A stretch of 43,844 bases of DNA from Cyanobacteria bacterium P01_F01_bin.143 (GTDB lineage Bacteria; Cyanobacteriota; Cyanobacteriia; Cyanobacteriales; Xenococcaceae). Every line of letters begins with the position of its first letter. Positions within the stretch are counted from its first letter, which is position 1. Location of the stretch: the NCBI GenBank assembly GCA_039190385.1, contig JBCCYD010000001.1, positions 1 through 43,844 of the forward strand, in the 5' to 3' direction. The translations under genes and the position numbers were made by a program. This document shows, piece after piece, positions 29,733 through 39,672 of this stretch. A model generated the notes under the pieces. That model did not search any database. It had not been told where the DNA came from and saw only the letters and a program-made list of their open reading frames with translations.

Positions 29733-31283
29733 TTGCCCAGCGTGTTAATTATTAAAACGATCGCGGAATTAAAAACTTCTCTCGACTCAGAAAAAACTGG
29801 ACTAAAAATTGGTCTTGTTCCCACAATGGGCGCATTACATCAGGGTCATATTAGTTTAATTGAACGAGCTGTTCAAGAATGCGATCGCGTTGTAGTCAGT
29901 ATTTTTGTCAATCCTTTACAATTTTTCCCTACAGAAGATCTCTCTCAATACCCTCGTCAGTTAGCCACCGATGCTGCTCTTTGTGAATCATTAGGCGTCG
30001 ATATTATTTTTACCCCGACTGCGATCACTCTGGGCCTTAACGTCAACGCTGGAACCCAAGCTCACATGACAACAGTTATTCCACCTGAAAACATGACATC
30101 GGGTTTATGCGGCAAATATCGCCCTGGACATTTCACAGGTGTTGCCACCATCGTTACGAAACTATTAAATATAGTACAACCAGATCGCGCCTATTTCGGA
30201 CAAAAAGATGCCCAACAATTAGCAATTATCCGTTGCTTGGTCGCCGATTTAAATTTACCGATTAAGATTATTGGTTGTCCGATTATTCGCGAAGCATCGG
30301 GACTTGCTCTTAGTTCTCGGAACCAATATCTATCTGCAACAGAGAAGTCCCAAGCTACCATTCTTTATCGCAGCCTGAAACAATCAGTACAAGCCTTTTT
30401 TCGAGGAGAAACACAAGCCGATAAATTAATCAAAATTGCTCAAGAGTCATTAGCAACTGTCAGCGAAGTTCAGCTGCAATATATTGAGCTGGTAGATCCT
30501 CTCACTTTACAGCCTATAGATGAGGTAAAAACTACAGGGTTAATCGCGATCGCAGCTCATGTGGGCAATACTCGTTTGATTGATAATATGATTCTGCGTC
30601 AACCGATTATTGCGATCGATGGCCCCGCAGGCGCTGGCAAGTCTACCGTAACTCGTCGAGTAGCCGAACAATTAGGATTGCTTTATCTTGATACCGGGGC
30701 TATGTATCGTGCTGTCACTTGGTTGGTAATGGATTCGGGAATTGCCGTGGATGAAGAGACCGCGATCGCCTCTCTAGTCAAGGATGTTGTAATAGATTTA
30801 ATCCCTTCAGATTCTCCTGAGATTCCCATTGGAGTTTATATTAACGGGCAAGAAGTCACTAACGTAATTCGCACTCCCGAGGTCACAGCCAATGTTTCTG
30901 CGGTTGCTGCTCAAGCTGCGGTTCGTCAAGAGTTAGTAAAAGCTCAACAGCTTTGTGGAGCTAAAGGTGGAGTAATTGCTGAGGGTCGAGATATTGGGAC
31001 TAATGTTTATCCCAATGCTGATTTAAAGATATTTTTGACTGCTTCAGTGGTAGAAAGAGCGAGAAGAAGAAGTCTTGACTTGAAAAATCAAGGTCAGGAA
31101 AATATTGATTTACAACAATTACAACAAGATATTCAAGCTAGAGATGAGAAAGATAGTAGTCGTGCGATCGCTCCTTTGAAAAAAGCTAATGATGCGATCG
31201 AAGTTATTACTGATGGTTTAACTATTGAGGAGGTTATAGAAAAGATTATTTCTCTCTACCAAAACTTAATTATGGAAGAATAA
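29733..31283 (+). CDS. panC-cmk: Bifunctional pantoate-beta-alanine ligase / cytidylate kinase (start may be GTG 29742)
   Basis: VPTMGALHQGH, RPGHF.GV, FGQKDAQQ, SSRN, then IAIDGPAGAGKST, LDTGAMYRA, EGRDIGT. Confidence 0.96.
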   Translation: MPSVLIIKTIAELKTSLDSEKTGLKIGLVPTMGALHQGHISLIERAVQECDRVVVSIFVNPLQFFPTEDLSQYPRQLATDAALCESLGVDIIFTPTAITLGLNVNAGTQAHMTTVIPPENMTSGLCGKYRPGHFTGVATIVTKLLNIVQPDRAYFGQKDAQQLAIIRCLVADLNLPIKIIGCPIIREASGLALSSRNQYLSATEKSQATILYRSLKQSVQAFFRGETQADKLIKIAQESLATVSEVQLQYIELVDPLTLQPIDEVKTTGLIAIAAHVGNTRLIDNMILRQPIIAIDGPAGAGKSTVTRRVAEQLGLLYLDTGAMYRAVTWLVMDSGIAVDEETAIASLVKDVVIDLIPSDSPEIPIGVYINGQEVTNVIRTPEVTANVSAVAAQAAVRQELVKAQQLCGAKGGVIAEGRDIGTNVYPNADLKIFLTASVVERARRRSLDLKNQGQENIDLQQLQQDIQARDEKDSSRAIAPLKKANDAIEVITDGLTIEEVIEKIISLYQNLIMEE

Positions 31284-31290
31284 TTTATCA

Positions 31291-31980
31291 TTAGGGAGAA
31301 TTTGAAACTACTTCAGAAATAAATTGTTTCTTATACATTCTTGTCTTGGATTCATTCTGATTCATTAATAATACATATTTTTTAATTATTTCAGGTTGGA
31401 TGCCTTTAACAAAAAAACTTGACTCTATTACTTTATACTCAGAATTTTCCAAGAAATAAAACTTCAAATCATCATTTTTATCCCAAATCCATACTTCCTG
31501 AATACCTAAGTTTTTAAATTTCTCTAAATCTTTAATATTACCACTAGAAAAATTGATTTCAATAGCCAAATCTGCTACTTCTTTAGGCTCTCCGAACATG
31601 TAACTTGAATCTGGCTCTTTTCCCGATTTTAAGTTCTCTATTTTATATGTCGTGGAACCCATAAGTATGTAATCTATTTCTTTATAGTCACAGTAGGAAA
31701 CGATTAGTGACTCCATATTTCTATTAATGTTTTCATGCCTTTTCCCAGGACACATTAATTCTAATACTCCATCTAAATAGGATATCCTACACCAAGAAAT
31801 ATCTCCAATGCTTTCCAAAAGTTGTATGTATTCTGTCCATTCTGCACCTTGGAATATATAAATATTATCACTAATGTTATCTTGTTTATTAATATGAAAT
31901 CTCTCAGCAAAATCAACAAATAACTCAAGATCAGATAGTTCACTTTTATTAGATTGATTTATGGTAGGTAATAAATCCAT
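31291..31980 (-). CDS. Uma2 (DUF820) family endonuclease-like protein
   Basis: RISYLDGVLELMCP..RHE, GSTT, KEPDSSY, DLAIEI, LGIQEVWIWD. ATG 31980 preferred over the ORF-track start. Confidence 0.88.
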   Translation of the reverse strand: MDLLPTINQSNKSELSDLELFVDFAERFHINKQDNISDNIYIFQGAEWTEYIQLLESIGDISWCRISYLDGVLELMCPGKRHENINRNMESLIVSYCDYKEIDYILMGSTTYKIENLKSGKEPDSSYMFGEPKEVADLAIEINFSSGNIKDLEKFKNLGIQEVWIWDKNDDLKFYFLENSEYKVIESSFFVKGIQPEIIKKYVLLMNQNESKTRMYKKQFISEVVSNSP

Positions 31981-32081
31981 GAGCAATATTTTTTTAGTGA
32001 TTTTTCTCTTAATTCTGCATAATAAACTGCTTTTAGCCAATTAGTATTTAAATATAATTTCATCTCTCTTTCTGGCATTAT

Positions 32082-33269
32082 TCAACATCCCACGGTTGCC
32101 AAAGGATTTGCCGCACAAACCAGACGTTTTAAAATTTGCTTCAAGACCATTGCCGTCCAATCAATATCAGCTTTGGTTGTATCTTTGCCTAAAGTTAGAC
32201 GAATTCCTCTTTTGGCTGCCAACTCGTCGTAACCCATAGCCAATAAAATCTTACTAGGGTTTAATTTGCCACTGTTACAAGCAGAACCTGCACTAATACC
32301 AATGCCTGCCAAATTTAATTCCCGTACCAGAGTTTTGCCTGTGACATCCTTAGTCTGACTGGCAAATAAATCACTGAGAACAAAGCTAACATGATGAGGA
32401 AGCCGATACAAACGATCGCCTGTGGGAACCAGATAGGGACAATCAACAAAATGATCAAATAAGCGATCGCGTAATTCCCGCAATCTCGCAGTCTCAACAG
32501 CCATTTCTTGAGCTGCCAACTCAGCCGCAACCCCAAAAGCCGCGATCGCGGGAACGGCCTGAGTTCCCGAACGTAATTTATTTTCCTGACCACCCCCATC
32601 AATCAAAGGAAGTAAATTCACTCCAGGTCTAATGTACAAAGCTCCAGCACCTTGTACACCATAGATTTTATGGGCCGACATCGATAATAAATCTATGCCC
32701 AATTTTTGAACATCAATCGGTAATCTTCCTGAAACTTGTACCGCATCAGTATGAAAAAGAATATTATGTTTTCGCGCAATATAAGCTAATTTTTCAATTG
32801 GCTGTAGAGTCCCAATTTCACTTTGTCCATAAATAATCGAAATTAAAACTGTATTTGGTTGAATTGCAGCTTCGAGATCCAGAGGATTTATTCTACCTTG
32901 ATGATTAACCCTCAAACGAGTAACTTGCCAACCTTGTTGCTCTAAAAACTTTGCTGGCTGAGAAACCGCCGAATGCTCAATACTGGAAATAATTAAATGT
33001 TGCGGCGTCGCATATTGTTGAGCAATTCCCATAATTGCCAAATTATCTGCTTCTGTGCCACCAGAAGTAAAGACTACCGATTCTGAAGTAACAGCATTGA
33101 TGAGATTGGCTACTTGTAATCTCGCTATTTCTAATGCGATCGCGGATCTTTCGCCCCAGGCATGCAAACTTGAAGGATTGCCCCACTGTTCTACCATTAT
33201 TTCCTGCATCTTCGCGATCGCTTCTGGCCGGGGCGGAGTCGTTGCACTATAGTCAAGATAGATTTGCAT
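32082..33269 (-). CDS. Cysteine desulfurase (IscS/NifS-like)
   Basis: IYLDYSATTP, GNPSSLH, FTSGGTEADN, HTDAVQ, SAHKIYG, SAGSAC. Confidence 0.95.
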   Translation of the reverse strand: MQIYLDYSATTPPRPEAIAKMQEIMVEQWGNPSSLHAWGERSAIALEIARLQVANLINAVTSESVVFTSGGTEADNLAIMGIAQQYATPQHLIISSIEHSAVSQPAKFLEQQGWQVTRLRVNHQGRINPLDLEAAIQPNTVLISIIYGQSEIGTLQPIEKLAYIARKHNILFHTDAVQVSGRLPIDVQKLGIDLLSMSAHKIYGVQGAGALYIRPGVNLLPLIDGGGQENKLRSGTQAVPAIAAFGVAAELAAQEMAVETARLRELRDRLFDHFVDCPYLVPTGDRLYRLPHHVSFVLSDLFASQTKDVTGKTLVRELNLAGIGISAGSACNSGKLNPSKILLAMGYDELAAKRGIRLTLGKDTTKADIDWTAMVLKQILKRLVCAANPLATVGC

Positions 33270-33374
33270 TTATGAATATTAAGATTTAATAATTTTTCAG
33301 CTAATAGGCTTGACTCTATTGTAATACTACTGTGCCAATTAAGGGTTAAGGAAAAGTCAATAAAGCAAATTCAA

Positions 33375-33962
33375 TTATTCGGGGCGATAGGGTGCTTCTT
33401 TGAGTAAGTGGCTAATTAGGAGTTTGAGAAAAAACAAAGGTAGAAACCATTCCAGGCCAACTGTTGGTGTAAACAAATAACTATTACCCAAAACTGCTAA
33501 TCCGTAAAGTCCAAATGCTACAGGACGTTGAAGATATAGAGGCGTCTGAAGAATTAAGATAGCAGATCCCATTAAATAACTAGATACAATCCAAAAGAAA
33601 CTCCAGTCTGAAGCGCGAAACAACAGTGCGACTAGGAAAATATGAACGAGATGAATACTGACAAATACTAAATGATCTTTCCAGGTTTGATCCTCTCGAT
33701 GAAACCAGCGTTTAGCTGAAGAGGTGGCATTAGTGAGAGTTCCACCTAATAAGTCCAATCCGAAAAAAGCAATTAACCCTAATTGGAGATAAGTCCAATT
33801 TATAGATAGGGTTTGAGCATAAATTGGCGCAGCTATCGCGAATATAAAAGCTGGAATAAATTGTATCAGTAATTCCGCAGTTGTTGGTTCTACTCCCGTA
33901 AGACGATCCAACCAACCTCGTAAACCAGGACGAGGTGACGAACAATTCCAATCAATAAGCAT
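33375..33962 (-). CDS. Uncharacterised integral membrane protein
   Basis: Several TM helices with polar motifs DLLGGTLTNATSSAKRWFH and H......H..H. ATG 33962 follows GAGGT; the longer ORF-track start overlaps the operator region. Confidence 0.8.
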   Translation of the reverse strand: MLIDWNCSSPRPGLRGWLDRLTGVEPTTAELLIQFIPAFIFAIAAPIYAQTLSINWTYLQLGLIAFFGLDLLGGTLTNATSSAKRWFHREDQTWKDHLVFVSIHLVHIFLVALLFRASDWSFFWIVSSYLMGSAILILQTPLYLQRPVAFGLYGLAVLGNSYLFTPTVGLEWFLPLFFLKLLISHLLKEAPYRPE

Positions 33963-33976
33963 TACATTATTTACCT

Positions 33977-34016
33977 CATAACAGTTGTCATGTAACCTAA
34001 GATAACAACTGTTATG
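33977..34016. promoter_or_regulatory. Two putative TetR operators (ATAACA-N2-TGTYAT)
   Basis: CATAACAGTTGTCATG (33977-33992) and GATAACAACTGTTATG (34001-34016), between divergent genes. Confidence 0.72.
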
Positions 34017-34054
34017 ATAATCTGTCAATAATTAACCCTATATCCCTGTAATTT

Positions 34055-34639
34055 ATGTCTCAGCAAGATAGACGAATTGAAGTTTCGGCTGCAGCTTGGA
34101 AAGTTATCGTCCGAGAAGGTTTAGACCGTACCAGTATTAGGGCGATCGCTAGAGAATTGGACTGTACGACAGGAGTTGTAACTCATTATTTTCGAAATAA
34201 GCAGGAATTGATTTTATTTGCACTCAATCAGGTTACAGAAAATCTGAAACAGGCAATGCAGGAAGCAGCCCAACAACCTCCCAGTATTGAAAGGTTAGTC
34301 GAAATGTTATCGGCATTTTTGCCCTTAGACACCAAAAGGCAAGAAATACTGAAAGTCTGGGTAGCATTTCTGGGGTATGCGGTGGGGAGAGAGTCATTAA
34401 TGCTCCAACATCAAGCTAGTGCAGGTCAACTACGTGAATTAATTATGCAGGAACTAGAAATATTGAAGTCAGCGAAAAAAATCCGTGAAGATATAGATAC
34501 GAATATTGAAGCAAATCTGCTTCTGGCTCTTGTAAATGGTATTGCTTTGGACTCTTTAATTCAAGAAAAATGTCTTAATCCTCGGCAACAAAAAATGTTA
34601 ATTCGACGCTATTTTAAGGAAATTACCTATTGCCAGTGA
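34055..34639 (+). CDS. TetR-family transcriptional regulator (BetI-type C-terminus)
   Basis: HTH GLDRTSIRAIARELDCTTGVVTHYFRNKQELI. Confidence 0.93.
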   Translation: MSQQDRRIEVSAAAWKVIVREGLDRTSIRAIARELDCTTGVVTHYFRNKQELILFALNQVTENLKQAMQEAAQQPPSIERLVEMLSAFLPLDTKRQEILKVWVAFLGYAVGRESLMLQHQASAGQLRELIMQELEILKSAKKIREDIDTNIEANLLLALVNGIALDSLIQEKCLNPRQQKMLIRRYFKEITYCQ

Positions 34640-35120
34640 TTATAATACGATAGCTATTGGGCGTTGATTCATAGGAACCAACCCAAAGTTTGTATTTGCC
34701 CTCTTGCCATTCTCCTTCTAGAGCAGGATTGGCATTATTATAGTCATCATTACACCAAACACCTCCAGGCCCCTGAACTAAAATCGTCGTATCTGTAGTG
34801 CTCTCCACTTCGATTTTAAGGAATTCAAAAAAACTATTAAGAATTAGGATGTGATTGGGCTGTTGCTCTACCAAGCCATTACATGGGCCGGTGGAAGTTT
34901 CTTTTGTCTTAACAACTTCGATCGCGTCAATTCTTCCGTTACTAATCCCATCAATCGTCATCGGGTTAGGATTTATTTGATCATTTAGGGTAATATTCCT
35001 CACTAGCTCCTGTGCAAATATTGGAGTAGCTGTCGTTGCCACACTAAAAAGAGTAATGATGATCCTCAGCAGACTCAGATTTTTGATAATGGCTTCTCCT
35101 CTGGCATGATTGCTCTTCAT
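34623..35120 (-). CDS. Secreted hypothetical protein, PPC-like beta domain
   Basis: Signal-peptide-like stretch ending PIFA-Q; motifs C.G....PNHIL, DTTILVQGPGGVWCNDD, G.Y.LWVGSY. Exact start uncertain. Confidence 0.7.
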   Translation of the reverse strand: MKSNHARGEAIIKNLSLLRIIITLFSVATTATPIFAQELVRNITLNDQINPNPMTIDGISNGRIDAIEVVKTKETSTGPCNGLVEQQPNHILILNSFFEFLKIEVESTTDTTILVQGPGGVWCNDDYNNANPALEGEWQEGKYKLWVGSYESTPNSYRIIITGNR

Positions 35121-35288
35121 AAATGACTGATACTCACTGGTTGTTAGGATGATTGTCGCAAAATTTACTTGGGTTAGGTAAAGTATTCCACTTTTTTAAC
35201 TTGACGTTACAATATTTGTTCTGTTCCACTAGTACTCTACTAAGTCTGAAATAATATATAAAAGTTGAACAGGGGTTTCGGAGTATTA

Positions 35289-36854
35289 ATGGTAGTTAAG
35301 CGTTTGGTTTTAGGGTTTTTGACATTGCTAGCTGTTGCTAGAGTCTTTCTCTCCCTGACAGTAAGTTTTTCGGAGCCTCAAATCCAAGGAAGGCTAGAAT
35401 TGTATCAAGCTAATTTAGTGCTTTATGCTTCTCAGTTAAAACTAGAATCAGAAAATGGAGATTTAAATAAGATAATTGCTTCGGCATTAGGAGAGAGGCC
35501 AACGGCCACAGCATTAGAAAAATATCAGGAAAATCGCCAAGAAGCTGCGATCGCGAAAAAGAATTTTCAAACTCAATTGAGTCAAATAGCAAAAGGTATT
35601 AATAATTCAGATGTTTCTCTAGTAGAAAATTCCTCAGTCGCAACTGATTTATCCCCCCAAGCCCAACAAATACAAAAACAAATTGCCAGTATCAATCAAT
35701 TTATTGATGAAATAGATTTAAAGCAAGGAATTTTATTGGCAAAAGAAGAGAAAGTAACCGAAGCTTTAGACATTTGGCAACAATTAATTACCCGACTTGA
35801 TGAGCCTGATGATCAATACTCTCAAACCGCGATCATCTTAACAAATCTTTGGCAAGAATCGCCTCAAGTTTTACCAAATAGTCAAGCAATTATTAATACT
35901 AATCTTGATAGTTGGTTTCAGGATAAATCCCTAGAGAAATTGTATCAAGTATTAAATCAGCGAGAAAAATTAGACCTTTTACAGGAAAAGCAACAGTTAG
36001 CTGCTGCTAATGCATTTTTAAAACTAGCTCTAATTAGTGGCATTCCTGTTGTAGGAGGTTTCAGCGGTATTATTCTCTTGATATTTTTGGTAGTTCAGTT
36101 ATTTATTAAAAAAGAAAATTCTATCTTGGCGACTAATAGTAATAAATCTTGGGATACTCCCTGGAATGGTGAAATTACTTGGCAAGTACTAATTGTGGGA
36201 TTTTTCTTTATTGGTCAATTTGTGTTGCCATTTTTCCTCGGTATCGTAGGATTTAATGTTGCTAGTGCTGGATTAAGAGTTAAGGCATTGTATGTTTTGT
36301 TCACTTATCTTCTGATGGCAATTGGGGGAATTGGAGTTTTATATTATTCGATTAAATCTTATCTTCCTTTGCCAGAGGAATGGTTCAAAGTTAAATTATT
36401 TGATAATTGGATTGTCTGGGGATTTGGTGGTTATTTATTGGCGATTCCTGCGGTGCTCTTTGTTTCTTTAATCAATCAACAAATTTGGCAAGGACAGGGC
36501 GGGAGCAATCCCTTATTAGATTTGGCTCTACAAGCTCAGGACAAGGTCGCTTTACTCATATTTTTTGTGACGGCTTCGATCGCTGCTCCTATCTTTGAAG
36601 AAATTATGTTCCGAGGATTTCTTTTGCCATCTTTGACTCGTTATCTCTCGGTGTCCACAGCAATTGTGATTAGTGGTTTTATTTTCGCGATCGCGCATCT
36701 GAGTTTATCAGAAGTATTACCTTTGACAACTTTAGGTATTGTTCTCGGAGCCGTTTACACGCGATCGCGCAACATATTAGCGCCGATGTTACTACACAGT
36801 CTTTGGAATAGTGGAACTCTTTTGAGTTTATTTATCTTAGGAAGTCCTGTTTAG
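35289..36854 (+). CDS. CPBP (Abi/CAAX) family intramembrane metalloprotease with a large soluble domain
   Basis: APIFEEIMFRG, FAIAH, HSLWN. ATG 35289 after GGAG is preferred. Confidence 0.9.
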   Translation: MVVKRLVLGFLTLLAVARVFLSLTVSFSEPQIQGRLELYQANLVLYASQLKLESENGDLNKIIASALGERPTATALEKYQENRQEAAIAKKNFQTQLSQIAKGINNSDVSLVENSSVATDLSPQAQQIQKQIASINQFIDEIDLKQGILLAKEEKVTEALDIWQQLITRLDEPDDQYSQTAIILTNLWQESPQVLPNSQAIINTNLDSWFQDKSLEKLYQVLNQREKLDLLQEKQQLAAANAFLKLALISGIPVVGGFSGIILLIFLVVQLFIKKENSILATNSNKSWDTPWNGEITWQVLIVGFFFIGQFVLPFFLGIVGFNVASAGLRVKALYVLFTYLLMAIGGIGVLYYSIKSYLPLPEEWFKVKLFDNWIVWGFGGYLLAIPAVLFVSLINQQIWQGQGGSNPLLDLALQAQDKVALLIFFVTASIAAPIFEEIMFRGFLLPSLTRYLSVSTAIVISGFIFAIAHLSLSEVLPLTTLGIVLGAVYTRSRNILAPMLLHSLWNSGTLLSLFILGSPV

Positions 36855-37042
36855 GATCTTTGAACTACTATGATCTCGCCCTTAATATAATCGCCTAACA
36901 CAAGAGAAAGAATTCATTTCAATAAATTGTTTAATTTTCTTAAGTTATTCCTAAGTATTTCGCACAACTTAAAATTACTTAGTTAGAATCTTGGACGTCG
37001 TTGTCAAAAAGCAATTTTTAAATTAGTAGATAAAAACTATAA

Positions 37043-37077
37043 AAATAGCTGATTCAACGATATTTAATCAGCTATTT
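37043..37077. promoter_or_regulatory. 12-bp inverted repeat upstream of ftn2 (operator or RNA hairpin)
   Basis: AAATAGCTGATT-N11-AATCAGCTATTT. Confidence 0.45.
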
Positions 37078-37141
37078 GAGAAGTGATTTTAAGATTTTTT
37101 ATTAATAAAAATAGATTATTCGGGGGCAGAGAGATAGAACT

Positions 37142-39457
37142 GTGCGGATTACTTTAGATTATTACAGGATACTTAGTGTACCGATTAAAGCCACTCAAGA
37201 GCAAATTGACAAATCTTTTGCTGATCGCTGTCATCAAGAACCGCGTCGAGAATATAGTGAGTTTGCGATCGCGTCTCGACAGAAGTTACTCCAACAGGCT
37301 CATCAAGTCCTTTCTGATGAATCCCAAAGAGCAGACTATGATGCTAAATTCTTCAACGCGATCGCCGAAAGCAATGGCGAACTGAAAGAAATTCCCGAAA
37401 CTGCTTCCGAAGAAGAACTCCCAACCGAAAAGGTCTCACCGCAAGTTCAGCTCTCGACAATTCCCGACGAAACAACAGAACCAATTACCCCCTCTATTGA
37501 AATATCCCATGACTTATTTGCTGGGGCATTATTGATTTATTATGAGCTAGCTGAATATGAACTTATATTGCGCTTAGGCGTAGATTATCTCAACAATACT
37601 ATTTACGCAAATTTTGCTAATTCCCCAGAAAATACGGTCGAAGAAGTTACGGAAGAATCTACGACCAATGACCCAATCAAAGAAGATGTTATTCTCTCAG
37701 TTGTTCTATCTTATCTCGAATTAAGTCGTGAACAATGGCGGCGTAATAAATACGAAAATGCAGCCATCTCCGGACAAATGGGTATTAACCTCCTAGAAAC
37801 TGAACAATTATTTCCCACCCTCAAAGCTGAAATTGAAATGGATGTTCATAAGCTCAAACCTTACCGAATTCTTGAATTATTAGCCAATAGTCCCAGTAAT
37901 TCTCCAGAAAGGCTCAGAGGATTGCAACTACTCCAAGAAATGATCCGCCAACGGCAAGGTATTGAAGGCAGAGAAAACGACTATTCTGGACTAACAGTGG
38001 AGGAGTTTCTCCATTTCATCCAGCAGTTGAGAAACTATCTCACCGCTAAAGAGCAGCAAAAACTATTTGTCGCTGAAGCCAAAAAAGGTTCGGGCGTGGC
38101 CGGGTTTCTCGCGGTTTATGCTCTAATTGCTCGGGGTTACAGCCAGCAAAAACCCCAATTAATTCTCGAAGCCCAGCAGCTATTCCATCTACTCAGCAAG
38201 ACTCAAGACATCTCCTGGGAACAATCAATCTGTTACTTACTGTTAGGCCAAACCGAACAAGCGATCGCCGCGATCAAAAAAAGTCCAGAATTGCAAATAG
38301 TTACAGCAATCAAAGAACATTCCCAAGATGATAGTGATTTATTACCTGGTATCTGTTTTTGTGGGGAAAAATGGCTTAGAGAAGATGTGTTATCGCAATT
38401 TTGGGATTTGAAAGATCATCCGATTACTTTAGATGAATATTTTAGTGATCCAAAGGTTCAAGATTATTTAGAGCAATTATCTCCCATCGCTCCTGTAGAA
38501 GTAAATACACCTCAACAATTGCCTCAAACAAAGGAAAAAACTAAACAGCGCCGCAGCTTTTTTCCCTGGGGAAGACAAAAACGACCCTCAGAAAAATCAC
38601 AAATTCAAGCAGCAACTGGCCCATCAGAAATATCTCAGGTTAGTAATGCTAGTGCTACCGCAACTTTAGAGCGTCAACCCCAAAATAATTTAGATCCCGC
38701 CGTAGCCTCAGTTAGCAGGAACTCTAACATGTCAGTCAATAGCAAAGTTACAGATTCTCAGACTCGTAGCAATAACAATTCTCATAAACATATCTCTCCA
38801 CCAAGAAGACCAAGCAATCGATCTCAAACTAGATACAAATCACCTCTATGGCTAATTTATCTTAAAAGTGCCATGCTACTGAGCGGTTTAATCTTTAGCC
38901 TAGGAGCTTTGGGTTTTTTCATTACTCAACAGACTATTAATCGCGATTCCCAAAAAATTGCCGAAACTGCTCCCAATGTAGAACCAACAAAAGCTGAAAT
39001 TCCTGAACCAACAAAGCTGCCAGTCTCCCAACCCAACCCAGAACCCGTAAAACCGGCGCTGCCCTCATTCGATAATGCCTCGGCACAACAAGTTATTCAA
39101 CAATGGCTTGATAGTAAATCAGCGGCACTAGGCAAATCACATCAAATAGATAAACTCAATAGTATCTTGGCTCCTGAATTATTAAATAGTTGGAGTAATA
39201 CAGCTCGCTATTATCAACAAACTAATATTTATCGTAATTACCAACATAAATTAAAAATCACTTCAGTAGTTTTTGATCCACAAAAACCTAATGTGGCAAC
39301 AGTCGATGCCGAGGTCCAAGAAATTGCTCAACATTATCAAAGTTCAAAACTAAACTCTGCTCAATCCTATGATGATAATCTCTTAGTCCGTTATCAATTA
39401 ATTAAACAAGGTAATTCTTGGTTAATCCAAACAAGTCAAGTATTAAAAACACTCTGA
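37142..39457 (+). CDS. ftn2: Cell division protein Ftn2/ZipN (ARC6 homologue)
   Basis: J-like N-terminus MRI.LDYYRIL, P.RILELLA, DLLPG.C...E.WL, one TM helix, C-terminal WL.SK..A.G and VRY.L (DUF4101-like). Confidence 0.92.
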   Translation: MRITLDYYRILSVPIKATQEQIDKSFADRCHQEPRREYSEFAIASRQKLLQQAHQVLSDESQRADYDAKFFNAIAESNGELKEIPETASEEELPTEKVSPQVQLSTIPDETTEPITPSIEISHDLFAGALLIYYELAEYELILRLGVDYLNNTIYANFANSPENTVEEVTEESTTNDPIKEDVILSVVLSYLELSREQWRRNKYENAAISGQMGINLLETEQLFPTLKAEIEMDVHKLKPYRILELLANSPSNSPERLRGLQLLQEMIRQRQGIEGRENDYSGLTVEEFLHFIQQLRNYLTAKEQQKLFVAEAKKGSGVAGFLAVYALIARGYSQQKPQLILEAQQLFHLLSKTQDISWEQSICYLLLGQTEQAIAAIKKSPELQIVTAIKEHSQDDSDLLPGICFCGEKWLREDVLSQFWDLKDHPITLDEYFSDPKVQDYLEQLSPIAPVEVNTPQQLPQTKEKTKQRRSFFPWGRQKRPSEKSQIQAATGPSEISQVSNASATATLERQPQNNLDPAVASVSRNSNMSVNSKVTDSQTRSNNNSHKHISPPRRPSNRSQTRYKSPLWLIYLKSAMLLSGLIFSLGALGFFITQQTINRDSQKIAETAPNVEPTKAEIPEPTKLPVSQPNPEPVKPALPSFDNASAQQVIQQWLDSKSAALGKSHQIDKLNSILAPELLNSWSNTARYYQQTNIYRNYQHKLKITSVVFDPQKPNVATVDAEVQEIAQHYQSSKLNSAQSYDDNLLVRYQLIKQGNSWLIQTSQVLKTL

Positions 39458-39496
39458 ATTGCATTAGGTTTTAGAGATTATAAAAGATAGGAAACT

Positions 39497-39531
39497 TTAC
39501 CTTCTATCTCTTACCTCTTACCCATTACTCT
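39497..39531 (-). repeat. Degenerate heptamer tandem repeat (TTACCTC family, reverse complement of GAGGTAA)
   Basis: TTACCTT CTATCTC TTACCTC TTACCCA TTACTCT. Confidence 0.65.
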
Positions 39532-39672
39532 CTTCTTTATCTGATGGTTATTTATGGTAGAATTTAAGAATTAAAAGCCATTATAAAGAAAAGTACCGAT
39601 TAAATTAATTATTGAAAACTGATTTTTGGCTGATAAATCTAATTTTTGCCTGTTTTTGGAGTTTTTTATTCT

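Noticed and set aside
29733-31283. panC-cmk fusion as a novelty
   Set aside because: This fusion is standard in cyanobacteria.
31291-36854. Uma2 nuclease, TetR and Abi/CPBP protease as a defence island
   Set aside because: The genes are not co-oriented and are interleaved with housekeeping genes; Uma2 paralogues and this CPBP type are common in cyanobacteria.
37142-37350. J-like domain lacking the HPD motif
   Set aside because: This is a known property of Ftn2/ARC6 proteins.
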